Below, piece after piece: positions 12,133-29,766 of a DNA stretch of 64,000 nucleotides. The stretch lies in NCBI RefSeq assembly GCF_009914755.1, contig NC_060941.1; one strand, 5' to 3'. The first letter of the stretch is position 1; each line of letters begins with the position of its first letter. The position numbers and the translations under genes were made by a program. The stretch comes from the human T2T-CHM13v2.0 reference genome, Homo sapiens. Under the pieces are notes generated by a model. It was not told the origin of the DNA. It did not search any database and worked only from the letters and a program-made list of their open reading frames with translations.

Positions 12133-13504
12133 CAAGTGGTGGATGCTCAGATGTTTGTTTCATTTCTTCTCGAATTAGAAAGTTGAAATCTGCCCTTTAC
12201 CTTCCCAAACATGCTATTTCTTACATTAGCCCACTACCTCAGGGTTAAAAAAATTATTCCTAGCTATATGTTGTACAGTCTCTCCTGTATAAGAATCCTT
12301 TCAAAAGGTGTGGCACATGAATCACTTTTTAAAATCTGCCTTACCTGTGTTCCCCATAACCTAAGGGCCATGATACAATATCTATTTATGCAGTGAGAAT
12401 CTTCTATAAAAGTAAACCATTACACAGGAAGTGGGAGAAGAGGCCCAGAGACCATTTGTGGATAGAAGATACATGTTAACAGTTGTTGCACTTCAGTTAT
12501 TCTCTGCTTTTGTTTCAAAAATAACTATGAAGGTCATTGAATTCTCCACTAAGTATGCCTGAAACTTTGAAGAACTGGTATTAATTATAAGACAGAAAGA
12601 AGTGGATTAAGAAAAGTTCTACTCAGACTTCAGCTCATGGTTGAACTTTCAATCATGAAAACAAGAGGTCACGGAAAATGGTAGAAGGTACCTTGAATCG
12701 GGACAGGTGATGAGTGAGTATTGACCAAAACATGGGGCAACTGGCCTCCTCTGTTTTCTGGTGCTGCTCCCTGGGACTATCAAAATACGGTAGTTTTCTG
12801 CCTCGCTTCCCTCTTCTCCCCCGACCTGCTACTCCCACCTTCTAGCCCTGATGCACTTCTACAACCAGACAGAGATTGAGGATCCCACAAAACATTTAGG
12901 AATAAAGCAGAAGCTGCAAAATAGGCAACTCCCAGTGCCTACAGAGAAGAAAAGAGCTTCAAGTCAAGTGGTAGGGGACGAGATAGGAAGGACTGTGGTG
13001 GAGATGCCTGCTGATAATTGGCCTATGTCAGATCAGAGAAGAAGAGGACCAGGTAATGAGAAAAGAGGAAGATGTGTCCTCCTGAAGGTGCAGGGATACA
13101 CTAGATCCTGTTATAAACTGGGGGCTGGACTTGAAGCCATGCACAACCTGCCTTCCTACCTCTGACTTTGAGAAGCAGATTCAGTCACTGGGCAAGTGAA
13201 GGTAAGAAGGGTTGCAGGGCCAAGTGCAAGCCACTTATCCTGACTGGTTAGCAGAGTTCACATAACAGTTTGGACAAAGATGAAGAAAAGAGAAAATCAC
13301 ACCACAGATAGAAATTGGAATGGCATTTGAGGTTTTAAAGCAATGGTATGCCGAGGAAGATAATATATCTTAGATTTCAAAGCACAGGGAGCCATGGCCT
13401 CTCTGAAACAAGAACTGAGAGTCATGAGGAGAGGAAAGGCTGACATCAAAAGGCCAACTGGCTGAAACATAAATGTCAGATTTGGAAAAGCATTGGCTAC
13501 ACAT

Positions 13505-14150
13505 GGCAAGGGGCTGATAATCTCTTATAGGAAGAGTTCACACCAATATAAAAAGAGGTCACAGGAATAATTATATAAAGGGTATAAATAGTAGGCCATT
13601 TGCCAGTCATCAGAGAAAAGAAAATCTGAATATGAAGGCTATTACTTTGGCTAATGAGATTGGCAAATACTTGAGAAGTCCACTGCAGGCTAAGGTTTGA
13701 GTAACCAAAGCTCTTACATGTACTGCTGTTGAGAATGTAAAATATAATTTTTCTGCAGGACAACTGGCAACATGTACTTTAAACGTATTTATAATGTTTG
13801 TAAATTTTGACCCAAAAGTTCTAGTGCTAGAAAATTATGCTAATAAGTATAAGAGAATGGATAAATTATGGTACATCTATACAGTAGAAAATTTGAAGCC
13901 TCCTCATATTGAGAATATGTTTTTGCCTACATGCTAATCTAATGGTGAAATTTAAAGAACTAAATAGAGTACAGGCCTTTTCACGTATTGATTTGTGCAC
14001 GCATAAATAGGTTCTAGAATTATATATATTAAAATTCTAACAGTGGGATTCTGGGGTAACAGCAATACTGGCGATTTTAGTCTTGTTCTTTCAATCCAAT
14101 ATTATCTAACTTTTTCTATAATCAGCATTTATTGCTTTTGCAACTCAACA
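13505..14150 (+). mobile_element. Old L1ME/L1MC 3' fragments
   Basis: aattttgaccca...ctagaaaattat and atggataaattatggtacatctatacagtag are L1M 3' motifs. Confidence 0.55.
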
Positions 14151-14820
14151 AGTATTTTATATTTAGGTTTTCACTGCCTGCAATTATCTATCTTCATTCT
14201 TCATATCTATCTATCTTAGTGAAAATTACCTTTATGCATTGATGTAATAAGTACTATGGAAAATAGTGCCATCAGTCAAAATGTGAAGACATAACTATGA
14301 CAATTACTACTGTAAACTATGTGCAGACATCCAGTGTGAGGATCATTTCACTGATAGAAACATCTATGAGAGATTGCTAGGAATCTCTGTTTATGGAAAC
14401 TGTAATTGGCTTTATGAAAAAAACTGTCATACAACCATTGACAAGACCTCATTCACCAGTAAAGCATAGTAGATGCATTATTGTACCTGCACTCTACATT
14501 TGAGATTCTTTCTAATTTATAGTACAGGTAAAAATCTCTTTCAATGGAAGTTTTTCTAGTCAGCAGTGGTTTTCAATTTATACTCAGAAATAAGATTTTT
14601 AGCATTTAAAATATATCTCTGGATAAAGAAGAATTATTTAGTCAGTAGTAATATGAAAGAGATATCATTTTATATTATTGAAATGGAATGTTTTGAGATG
14701 ATTTTTGAAAGCCATTCCATCTTCCAGACATGCTTGCATGCACATACTTGAAAGCTCCATCCCAATTTTCGGCACATTATAGGTGATCAATACATAGCAG
14801 TTGAAAAAATGAGGGAGCAG

Positions 14821-15120
<300 letters not shown>

Positions 15121-15339
15121 TCAAGCAAGCCACATCATGCTGACATGCTCATTTATTCCTCCCCAAATAGAATGCAACTCATTTTTCTCTCTGTACCCCT
15201 TCCCCTGCCACTTTCTTACTCTGACATTCAAAGCTTCTTCACACAAAGTTTTTTTGTTACTGTGTGAATTCAAAATAATAGGTGGAAACAACCCTATTCT
15301 ACGATTTTAGAAAACTTTCTTTTGATACCCAGAAGCCCT

Positions 15340-15480
15340 ATCTGACCTTGAACAAATCATTTAAAATTCTAAGTTTCTACATCAGAAGAATAGGAAAAAT
15401 TCCTGCTCTTTTTTTCCTCACCATATTATTGTGAGAATTTAAGATAACACAAGTAAAATGCTTTGTGTTATAAAGCCCAG
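15340..15480 (+). mobile_element. MIR SINE fragment
   Basis: tgaccttgaacaaatcatttaa...ttgtgagaatttaagataa...gtaaaatgctt. Confidence 0.6.
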
Positions 15481-16369
15481 GTAACTTTTATTGGTTCCAG
15501 GAATTTGTGCCATTTACGATGTTCTTTTTGCCTGATCAGATCTGTTAACAACCTTGCCAGTGCCTCCACCTATAGTGCTTTAGTGCTCTTGTAATCCCAT
15601 TGCACAGAATGAGGTGAGTCAGGGCTAGCATTCACACTGAAATCTGCAAGGATTATAGACTCCACATTTTACCCTGGGCTACCTACCCAAGAACCTTTAA
15701 ACTCTTCCTCTTCTCCCCTGTCCCTTATAGATGTCTTTAGCTATGTCAAAGAGGCAGACAGTGCAAAGCCCATCACTCAAGAAACCTCTCCACAACCAGA
15801 GCTGCTGCACCTCCTTGTTTTGTTCGGTTGGATGCATTGTTAAAGGTTGATTTGTTTGCAGTTCAGACAATGGGTACCACCATCAAAAGCAGCAGATTCA
15901 AGTCAGCAAATGTTTGAGCAAGCAGGGCATTATCCAATCAGCCTTACCTATTTGGGATTCAAGCTTGAAAGGCCCCTCAGAAAGACAATAAACAGTTTCC
16001 TTGACACATCGAATGAAGTCCAAACCAAACAAATTCCTCGCTAGGCAAGATCTGGAGTCTGACACTTTTTCTTTGATTGGGACATACAAAAAAAAGTGTC
16101 CTCATGATTGGTACCGAAAAAATAACGGATTCCTTTCTCATTGGGCCCACCTTTTCCTAAATGTCATTTAGTTCGTTTTTATCTATTTATGAACTTTTAT
16201 TCCTTTTGCTGTTAAAAATGAACAACAAAGTAATAATGCACCATCAAGAGGAAAAACTAAGTTCGCACTCTGGCTTCTCATACGTGTGCAAGTGTATAAA
16301 ACCATGTTTTCAGATGGATTTTAAAATGGTCATGGAGCTCTTCTTTGAATATCAATATTCACGTGCTGT

Positions 16370-18100
16370 GTTTTCATAGTTCCTTGGTATTTATATGACG
16401 GCTCTCTAATGTTTTAAAGCAATTCATTTTGTCAGGAATGTAAGTGGTTTCCAAATTTCCACTCTCCAAACCGCACTGCACGGCAGTGAACATTCCTATA
16501 ACTAAATCTATGCTCATGTCCTTACAGTTAAATTTCCTGCACTGGAATTACTGGGTTAGGATAAGAACATTTTCAAGACTGTTGAAATATTTGCCACACT
16601 TTCCTCTAGATAAGTTGTTCCGATTTTCGCCCCATTGGCAATACGTACTCTTTGAAGTATTATACTGTTGAAAATATGTGTCAAATAAATGAATTCTCAA
16701 TGTTTACATTTAAATATTTTTATTACTAATGAAGGGGAGCGTCTTGGCACATACTGGCATACTGGTCTTTCTGTGTTTGGGTGGATGTGAGTTTACTGCT
16801 CATCCATCCCGGCCCGTTTTTACTGGGTGATCTTTTAATTCATTTGCAGGGGTCTTTGCATACTAATAATATTAGCTCTGCATCTGATTGTGTTGCAAAT
16901 ATATTCATGTTATTTTGAATTGCTTTTGAATTGTCATGGTTGTTGTGGTTTTAATGTTGTCAAATGAATGTCTTTTTCCTCATGAGTTTCCTCAACTGAG
17001 AGTCAAAGCCCCTGTTTTGGAGAAAGCGCTAGATGTGCAGGGAAGTGGTTGGCCACTTGGAGACTGTCCCAGCATTGACATGGCGGCCCCATAACCTTTG
17101 CTCTCAGGTCTGTGGTGCAGCTGTATCTGTAGCAGGAAGAGGGTCTCCAGACAGGGTTATTCCTACTCCTGCTCTTGCTGCCAGAACACTAGTGCCTCCA
17201 AATTAGAAGGTGTTGGTGGCCTTCTGCCAAGATTTTCTTTACTTATTTCCCTAGGTACTACACTTCTTTCTCACAAAAAATTATTACTTAGTTTTAGTGA
17301 ATTCATTAAATGTGTTATCTGCACTGTGTTTTATAGAAAATTCCTCAAAGTTTGAGGCATGTCTATGACACATCTCTCTAGTTTTAGTGCGATTCAGGTT
17401 TCATGCTATTTAACTCACCTTTGACCATGTCAAACAGGTGCCACTTCTCATGGCTCCATCTTTCCCTGGACATCATATTATAATTACGCTATCCATTATA
17501 AGTGCGTTTTCCCCATTGTTTCCTCTCTTTATATATGGCTGATATATTGATTGGATAGATATTGGCATTTCATTTTTTCACAGGCAATCTTACTGAAATC
17601 TTACTTTGGCACTTTCCTACTTGGCCCTTAGATTACCTGGGTGGACAATGAGAGCATCTGAAAATAATACTTTGTTCATTTTTCCAGTATTTGCAAGTTT
17701 TTGTTTTCATGTATAATTGCGTTTGTTGAGATTTTCACAATATTGAATAATGGCTATAATAGGAAAAATAATGAGCACCCAATTTTTAATAGAAATGCCT
17801 CTAGTGCTAAGTAAAATGCTTATTTTACATTTTCTATGTCAACCTTGAGGTGCTACTGGTACTAGTGAGCAGGGGCCAGAAATGCATTAGATACTGCAAT
17901 GTTTTTAACTATTGTAAATGGAAATTTTGCCAAATGTTTTCTTATCATCAAGAGATGATCGTTAAGTCTTCAGGCATTTCTCTTCTGCTTATAAAAGATA
18001 ATACTAATAGATCTTCATATATTGAGCTCTCCTAGCATTCCTACTCATGATGTATTATTCTTTTAAAACACTACTCAATGTAATTTTTCAGCTGGTTTGT
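16370..18100 (-). mobile_element. Highly decayed antisense L1M fragments (discontinuous)
   Basis: Scattered antisense L1 phrases such as gcagtgaacattcct and ggaattactgggtta; limits uncertain. Confidence 0.45.
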
Positions 18101-18734
18101 GAAAATTTTTCATACCGTGCCACATACAAATTTAGTTGCACTCTTTATACACCTTCAGATCTTAACCCTACCAGTAGCCTGCGTATCTCTGTATTGAGGT
18201 CATCATGTCATTTAAACAAATCTCTCAAACTGGGTTCAAAGGAAACTCAATGATAAAACAAATATTGAATTAAAATTTTTTTAACACATTTCAGTCAACA
18301 CAAAAAAATTTGACTCAATACTACTTCATGATAAAAATACTCAACAAACTGGGAATAGAAGGAAAGTTCTTCAACCTGATAAAGAGAATCTATAAAAGAT
18401 TCGCAGCTAACCTCACACTTAAAAATCAGGAAAGGAGAATGTCCATTCTCACCACTTCTATTTAACATTGTATTGGATAGGCTAATCGGAGCATATTAGG
18501 CAAGAAAATGAAATAGAAGACATCCAGATTGGAAGAGGGGAAATAAAACTATCTCTATTTGCAGATGAAATGATTTTCTATATAAAAATCACCAAGGAAT
18601 CCATTTAAAAATTGATTAGAACTAATATATGAGCTCAGCAAGGTTGCAGAATGCAAGATCAATATGTAAAAAGTAATTGTATTTCTATACAGTAGCAATG
18701 AATAAACTGAAATTGAAATTAAGAAAGTGATTCA

Positions 18735-19046
18735 GGCTGGGTGTGGTGGCTCACACCTGCAATCCTACCACTTTTGGAGCCAGAGACAGGTGGATCACAT
18801 GAGGTCAAGAGTTCGAGACAAGCCTATCCAACATGGCGAAACCCCATCTCTACTAAAAAAAATAATAAATCAGCCAGGCATGGTGGTGCATGCCTGTAAT
18901 TCGTGCTACTGGCGGGGCTGGGGCACAAGAGTCGCTTAAACCAAGGAGATGGAGGTCGCAGTGAGCCAAGATCATTCCGCTGCACTCCAGCCTGGGCGAC
19001 AGAGTGAGACCCTGTTCCCCCACCCAAACGCCAAAAAAAAAAAAAG
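18735..19046 (+). mobile_element. AluS SINE
   Basis: Full dimer with A tail; perfect 17-bp TSD attaagaaagtgattca at 18718-18734 and 19047-19063. Confidence 0.96.
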
Positions 19047-19775
19047 ATTAAGAAAGTGATTCAATGTATGCATAAAATAATACAATACCTAGAAATAAAT
19101 TTAACAAAAGAAGTGCAAAACATTGTTGTAATCTATAAAAAATGTCAAAACATTGAAAACTAAGTAGACACCCCATCCTCATAAATCAGATTTGTCATTG
19201 TTAAGATGACAGTACTTCTGAAATTGACCCACAGATTCAACATAATCCTTATCAAAATCCCAGTTGGCTTGCTTACAGAAATTGATGAACTGGTCCAAAA
19301 ATTCATTTGGAAATTCAGGAGACCCAGAATAGTCAGACATCTTTAAGAAAGAAAAAAGTTACGGTACTCACACTTCCCAACTTTAAAACTTAACTACAAA
19401 GCTAAAGTAATCAAGATAGTGGGTACTGACATAAGGACATAGATCAATGAAATAGAATGGAGAATCAAGAAACTAACTATCACATTTCTGGTTAATTGAT
19501 TTTTGACAATGGCACCAAGGCAATTTAATGGGGGAAAGAAGAGTCTCTTTATCCAATGCAGCTGGGATAACTGAATATGTAAAACTATGAAGTTGGACCC
19601 ATACCTCATACCACATACAATAATAAACCCAAAATGAATCAAAGACCTATATGTAAGAGAAGAAACTACAAAACATGTAGAAGAAACAGATGTGAATCTT
19701 CATGTCATTGAATTAGGCGATTAAAAAAAAAAAAACCCAAAGCAAAAGCAACAAAAGAAAAAAATAAATAAACTG

Positions 19776-20107
<332 letters not shown>

Positions 20108-20176
20108 TCACGCTTCAAAGGACATCATGAAGAAAGTGAAAAGACAACAGAATGACAGAAAATTGCAAATCATATA

Positions 20177-20615
20177 CGGCTGACTTTTGAGCAACAAAAG
20201 GGTTAGGGGTACCAACCCTCAACACAGTTGAAAATCCACATTCAACTCTGAACCTCCAAAAACTTAACTTCTCATCTCCTACTGTTGGCCTGAAGACTTA
20301 CTAATAACATGAACAGTTGATTAACACACATTTTGTATGTTGTATGTATTATATACTGCATTCTTATAATACAGTAAGCTAGAAAAAAGAAAATGTTATT
20401 TAAAAATCATGAGGAAGAGAAAATATAGTTACTATTAAGGGGAAATGGATCATCATAAAGGTCTTCATCCTTGTCTTCATGTAGAGTAGGCTAAGGAGGA
20501 GGGAGGGGGAAGAGGAGGAGTTGGTCGTGCAGTCTCAAGGAGGACAGAGATGGAAGGAAATCCACATGTAAGTGGACCTACATAGTTCAAACCTGGGTTG
20601 TTCAAGGGTCAACTG
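20177..20615 (-). mobile_element. Tigger2a (MER28) non-autonomous TcMar-Tigger DNA transposon
   Basis: TIRs cggctgacttttgagcaac / gttgttcaagggtcaactg, TA on both sides, 439 bp, internal sequence matching Tigger2a as remembered. Confidence 0.9.
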
Positions 20616-21019
20616 TATATAATAAGGAACTTGTCTCTAGAATATATAAATAATTCCTACAACACAAGGATAATAACAGATCTCCAAAAATAGAAAAAGA
20701 TCTGAATAGAGATTTCTCAAAAAAGATATATGAATGGTCAATAAGCACATGAAAAGATGCTCAACCTCATTAGTAATCAGGGAAATGCAAATCTAAATCA
20801 CAGTCTAATACGCACTAGCATGACTTTAATAAAAAAGATATTAACAAGTGTTGGTGAGGATGTGAAGAAATTTAAAGAAACTCTTGCATTCATTGCTGAT
20901 GGTGATGTAACATCTTGCACCTGCTTTGGAAAAGAGTCTAGTAGTTCTTTAAAAGGCTAAATGTAAAGTCTCCATATGACCCAGCAATTGCACTGCTAGC
21001 TATATATACAAGAGAAATA

Positions 21020-21700
21020 ATATCACATCTGCTATTTTATTGGCTAAAGCAAGTCAGACATAGCCAAACTCAACCTTAAGAGGGCAGGGAAAGGCATACT
21101 GCCTCACAGCAAGAAGAAAAAACGGATATTTCGTGGACCACACTGATACCTACTATTATCTGCTCTTCTTCCCACAAAATATTCTTTCACAAACAGAACA
21201 CACCTTCTCTTCACAGGAAACAAAATTCACTGCATCCACCATGGTGTCTGGTGTCTGGAATCTCTAAGTGATATTCACAATCTCTCTATTAGGACTGAAG
21301 GTGATTCCTCTTGGTCTAGAGCCCTTTGAAATTAAAAGACAAATTATCTCCACACATACTCAATATAAAATAGTGAAATAGGGAGAATGAGAAAAAAAAA
21401 AGAGCAATCACCACTCGATGGCAATTCTGAAATCTCCCTGGGAAATCATTGCGGAGACCTCTCCCCTGAGGTTATAGACCATTTCTGCATTTCTCACTGA
21501 GCTGTCTACTGGTTTGGAGCCCTTAGAACCCTTGGAACAATTCTCTTCTTCTGAGAAGTTCTGCCTTTTCTTGTCCCACTGTGACCACTTCTAAACAGGA
21601 CATCAGAATACCACCTCTTGATCATAGTTGGGGTCCCAAGCTTGTTTGAAATCACTGTCTTATTCAGTGATGTAATTCTCTTCAAAACTTAGCCAACATT
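21020..21700 (-). mobile_element. Old MLT1 LTR fragment plus MaLR internal sequence
   Basis: attggctaaagcaagtca...aggggcagggaa LTR-like segment followed by MLT-int-like sequence. Confidence 0.45.
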
Positions 21701-21769
21701 TCCATTTGATTAAAGTTGATAGCACCTGCCAATACTCCTTCCCAACATACTCTTGGATTTGCTATATTG

Positions 21770-21945
21770 CCTTGCTTTTTTGCTCTCTGTTCTTCTTTCT
21801 CCATCTTCTTTTTAATCCTCTCTTTTTGACTGTGTCCCTGTTTTTTTCCCTCCTTCTCTCTCTCCCTTCCTCCCTCCCCCAGCCTTCTTTCTTGCTCGCT
21901 TGCTGGCTTCCTTTTCTTCTTTTCCTCCCTTCTTTCTGTCTTTGT
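21770..21945. repeat. CT-rich low-complexity tract
   Basis: Long polypyrimidine-rich stretch; accounts for the K/E/R-rich ORF 21682..22011. Confidence 0.8.
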
Positions 21946-22339
21946 AGTTATGTGCAATGAATTTGTATAGATTTCCAAGTTCTTAACAATCTGGGTCACA
22001 GGCCTAACCATTCCCCAGAACTTACAAAACTCTACGCAGGTTTGTCAACCATTACTGAAATCCAGGACCAAATATACTAAAAAAGATTGGGAACATTCCA
22101 AATAAAAAAAAAAATTTATGAAATAGAAGTTGTAATGATGTGTCCATTTAGGGAAGAGTGACTCATAGCTTATGCAATATATTTTTAAGTAATTTTCCCT
22201 TTGCTATCTTACCAACTGGAATTCATAGAACTTAGAGTAGATTTAATAAATAGTTTAAAGTTAAGTCCTGTGCTGCTTTGAATTTGGTGAAATTTAAAAT
22301 TAACTTTATTCCTTGGATTTTATTCCCATTAAACGACTC

Positions 22340-22892
22340 TAAACATATTTAAGCTTCTCCCAGGCTTTAGTTGAAGGCAAGAAATCTTAATGTAATCCAT
22401 AAAACCTTCCTTGGCTGAACTCACCTTTCTTGTCTTATCTCAATCCACACTTTCTTACATGCTATTTCTGTAATCTAGCCACAGTGTCTTTTTGTAGTTG
22501 CACAAGCATGACATGTTCCATCTGAACTCAGGATGTATATGTGACGGTCCCTCTACATGAACCTATCTTCCGCCTTCAAATCCTTTCCTTAGCTGACTTG
22601 AGTTCTTCTTCTTTGAGCTCCCTGTGTTAAGTGGCACATTTTGAAGCTGTCTTTTCTGACCTGCCTGTTATGGCCCACTCCTCCCTTCTATGCCATCACT
22701 AATACCTTCCGCTACTCTTTCAGATTACTCATGGGCGTTCTAAGTTCTTATTTATTTGTGGGCTCGTTTGCTCAGCATTATCTCTACAACCAGATTCTAA
22801 GCTTTGCAAAGGAAGAGATCATACCTTATTCTGTATCCCAGATACTTAGAAAGTTTATGGTCCACAATAGGCACTTAAAGATTTGTTGAAAC
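22340..22892 (+). mobile_element. L2 3' fragment
   Basis: Ends cagattctaagcttt...ctgtatcccag...aataggcacttaaagatttgttgaa, the L2 tail. Confidence 0.65.
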
Positions 22893-24687
22893 AAAGCAGA
22901 AACCTAGGTAATTTCACAACATAAGAACAGAATCAATGATTTTCATTTTTCTAAATTTTAGTGTCTGGCATTGTGGAAATAAAACAGATTTGATTATTTT
23001 CAGTTAATAATTTAGCCATTTGGGGCTTTATTTTGTTTTTATTGCTTTAGCCTATACAAAGATAAATACCTAGTGTGATAAATATTTTCTTGAATTTAGT
23101 AATAAAATATCTTCTTGATATTTTGCTTGTGAATCTTTTACTCATTGAACAGGTATTGTGATGTCTTATTGACTCAAATTATTATTTTTCAAAAATTTGT
23201 ATCATTTAAAGAGTTTTATAAGGTAGTAAAAGATAAATTTTTCATTTTGACTTGAATTCTCATAAATATTTAGTCCTATTCTTGATTTTGCTTCTTTACA
23301 AATGTATATTTATTCATAAAAAATATACATATAACTGTCCTTCACTTCAGAAACAAAACTGCTTGTTGGTAGAACCCTAATGAAAAGAAAAGGGAAAGGG
23401 AAATATTTAAAGGAAAGTTCAGATGCAGCTGGAATAGCCATAAATTGGAAGCCAAAATCCTTACAGCTGATTCTTGAAAAATGGTATCTAATCTATGAGA
23501 CTTAAATTATTACAAAATTAAAATTTTTTTTAATTTTGTCAACACTTTTTGGACACTTATCTACTCATTTTATGGTAGATAGTCATCATAAGATTTGATG
23601 AGAAGAATAGATTTTTTTAAAAAAAGTCTGTTCCTCTTTGCCTGCTCTACGTAAGTATTAATATGCCAGCCAAAGCCACCAGATAGCAGAAAACCATAAA
23701 CTGTGACTCCAGGTTCATATGCCACAAATGAGAAAAGGCATGTGACAGTGTGTGCCTGGTGTTGACACATAATTGGCATTCTGATTTGTACATTCGCTTC
23801 TACCCTCAGTTGGGGATGGGAGTGGAAGCAAATTCACCTCCATTCATAGAGCTACAAACAAATTCTCTCCAGGATTTATGTCTGTGTACCAACCCTTTCC
23901 CCAACCATGTTCTGCCCCATGTCTACCTTCGCAGCCTTGCATGCTTTACCTACTCATCGTTCCCATTGAATGCATTTTGGTGCCATAATATAGTCTCATT
24001 AATTATCCCTAAATCAAATATGAACCTTTAGCTTTAAGAGTCACATTGCCATAAGGTAAATTTTGGGAAAAGTGCTGTTTAAGAAAACTCTATGCTCAAC
24101 TGTCAGCATAAACCTTGACCGAGGTCACTAGCTGTTCTGGCCAGATGGCAGTGAGGACGTGAGACCCGACTATTTCAGTCCTCCAATAAAAAGGATAATA
24201 AAGTGAATGTGTGGTGAGAAAAATGCTTTTATGGAAACTTGTGTAATTCAAACTTTTTGGTGGTGGTTTAACATCAGATTTTACAACAGGGTAGTTAAAT
24301 AGTTGGCTGAATTTTTTAAAGGTCTGGGGAATTTAATGGCAGAATGTATACTCTTTGTAGTTTTGTCAGTTCAGAGAAGTAGGCAGGCAGATATGATATT
24401 TCGGATTCAAGTTGCTCGGCTGTGGGATCTATGGCTTTCTTTCTCTGTATAATCTTCAAGTTTGTGATCTGCTGTGCCTTAAAGAGTGAGATGAGTAGCA
24501 CATTGTTAGGATGTGCTGCTGGTTTTCTGAGAGAGGAATTAGTCCTGAGTCCTCCATACACTGGCTGCATCATTTGCAGTAATAAATTTGGACAGGCTTA
24601 TGCTATCATCTGCAAATGAGATTGTCTGTGAACAGAATGAAGCTCAAATCCACGATCCTCATTGTTCAGTGTCAAAACCAACGGAGA

Positions 24688-24995
<308 letters not shown>

Positions 24996-25232
24996 TGAGC
25001 TTCTTAAAGACAACCTTTATTAATGATTAGCTCAGAGGGCCTCTTCCTTGGTCCCTCAGAGAGTCCTTAGTCCCTTTCTTGGACCTTCTGGACAATAAAA
25101 AGGAGAGCGTGATAGGATGTTTGACTATACCTTTCTCAGAAAAGGGCAAGCATTTAGCAATCCAGATAAAAATATCCATGAGATAAAGACCACATCTATA
25201 CCCTGTGATTATCATTACTAGAACATCACTTC

Positions 25233-25302
25233 TGGGTTAAAGAGAAAAAAGAAATAGAATAATGGTCTGGCTAAAGAGAAAAAAAGAAATAGGATAATGG
25301 TC
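25233..25302. repeat. 35-bp tandem duplication
   Basis: tgggttaaagagaaaaaagaaatagaataatggtc / tggctaaagagaaaaaaagaaataggataatggtc. Confidence 0.85.
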
Positions 25303-25559
25303 CTTAAAATAAATGAGGTAATTTTGTTTATGTCTAGCATTCTACAACAAACATTTTTCATTGCACTGTATTTCTGTGTTCTTTCTTGCTTCAGTAACTT
25401 GGTGCAACTACAAGATTACTGTTTGTAGTTCTGTGAACTAGGTAATTCCAGTTTAGAAAACAAAGAATGACGCATCATATTTAGAGACAATGCTACTGTC
25501 TACTTTTAGAGAAGTAGAATTTATGCTCTAAGTTGATTATTCTGAAGTGGAGAGATTGA

Positions 25560-26486
25560 TCTCCTCTTGTTTCTTTGTAGTCTCATAATTTTTTGTTAAA
25601 AAATGAACATTTTTAATAATATGTGAAAACTCGAAATCAGATTCTACCCCTTCTACAGAGTTTGCTGTTTATGCTGTTTATTGTTCCTGCTGCTTATTGG
25701 TTTAGTGACCTCTCTGAACTAACTCTTCAAAGTCTGTATTCTTTGTTGTGTGTGGCCATTCAAATCTGTGTTTGGTTAGCTTAGTAGTCAGTCAATGATT
25801 GGACCGACATTTTTTTTTAATGCCAGTAACAAGTAAGTCTCCCAGTCTTTGTTGAGAAACTGTGTGTTGGGGCACGCCTTTAACACTCAGCCATGCAATT
25901 TTGACAGCCCTGCCTTAGTCTTCACTTTTTGCTAATGCAGAGCCTCAAGGTCAGCCAGAGGTGAGGATTTAAGGCCTTCTTGGGCCTTTCTAAGCATGTG
26001 TACAGTCCTGGGTTTACACACAGCCCTGCATGTGCACATGGCCTTCCAGAGTCCCAGAATATGTTGGAGCTTTTCAAAGCCCCCTGGGTGTCTCATACCC
26101 CAGCTTTTCCTTTTAAGTTTTCTGCCAATCCATTGTTTGTCCAAACAGTATCCATTTCTTCAGGCAGCTGTGATGTTTAACAATTAACTCTGATTGATTT
26201 TGGCAAATGCCCTAAGTCTGTTCACATTAAGTGACCTTGAGGTTAGTGCAAGAAAGATAAACCTGGTAGGTGAGGTCTTCCAGGAAACCATCCGACAGGT
26301 CAAATAACAATTCTCAAACTGCAACTCTGAAGGAGTTCCTACTGCATTCTACTCCTTCCTGGGGCTGTGATTGCGGAGGGTTGATTTTGTCCTATGTGAA
26401 ACTACAGGCAATCTCAAGAGGAGAGGAGGGAATGGGACTACATATTATTAAAATAAAATAACACAAAGCTCATTGTTTTTACCAAG

Positions 26487-26533
<47 letters not shown>

Positions 26534-26685
26534 ACTCTTTGGATTGCTGCAAGCAAGACTTTGGTTAATTTCCAGAGTTTTGAAAAAACTGATTCTGAGC
26601 ATTTTTGCCAGTTTTCTTATTGCTTTTATGAGTGAGATGGTTTTCAGAGGTCCTTACTTCTCCATTCCCATTGACTTTACTTAGT
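25560..26685 (-). mobile_element. Old L1M (L1MC/L1MD-class) 5' end region
   Basis: Resembles an L1M 5'UTR; similar in reverse to the element at 62520-64000. Confidence 0.6.
26490..26531. repeat. (TG)21 microsatellite
   Basis: Pure TG run, seen directly. Confidence 0.98.
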
Positions 26686-26689
26686 ATTT

Positions 26690-27062
26690 TGATCATTTTT
26701 AGGTTTTCTTATTATTATTGCTGAGTTGTAAGAATTCTCTATAAATTCTGGGTCAAAGCCCTTTGCCAGATATATGAGTTGCAAATATTTCCTCTAAGAG
26801 TATGGCTTGCTTTTTAATTCTCTTGGGTGTATCATTTAAACAACAAAAGTTTTCACATTTATGGTCAATATTTTTTGTATCCTAGAAAATCCTTTCTTGT
26901 CCCAGGTTTGCAAGAGTTCCTCCCATCTGTGTTTCTGGGAATGTTACAGTTTTGGTTTTTACATTAGGTCTGTAATTCACTTCAAGTAATTTTGTAAGAT
27001 GTGAGGTAGAAGGCATGGCTTATCCTTTTTAAAATAGATATCCAGTTTTAACACCATTTTTA
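26690..27062 (-). mobile_element. Old L1M ORF2 fragment
   Basis: gagttgtaagaattctctataaattctgg...gcaaatattt is antisense ORF2. Confidence 0.6.
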
Positions 27063-27069
27063 AAACCCA

Positions 27070-29225
<2,156 letters not shown>

Positions 29226-29441
29226 ATAAAATACGGATTTTTGTCATGTCAAAGATGAAAACAAATTACATTGAAACGTGTCAAGTTATTCTATAAGTGA
29301 AAATCTGTTTCTGGATTCTAGTTCCAATTTTCTGTATTTCTATTACTCCAACATTTTTTGTTGAATATTATTGCTAAAGATTTTTATTTTACCAATATTT
29401 GTAATAAATCAACTTTTGCCTTTGTTGTTTTCTTCATTTTT

Positions 29442-29766
<325 letters not shown>

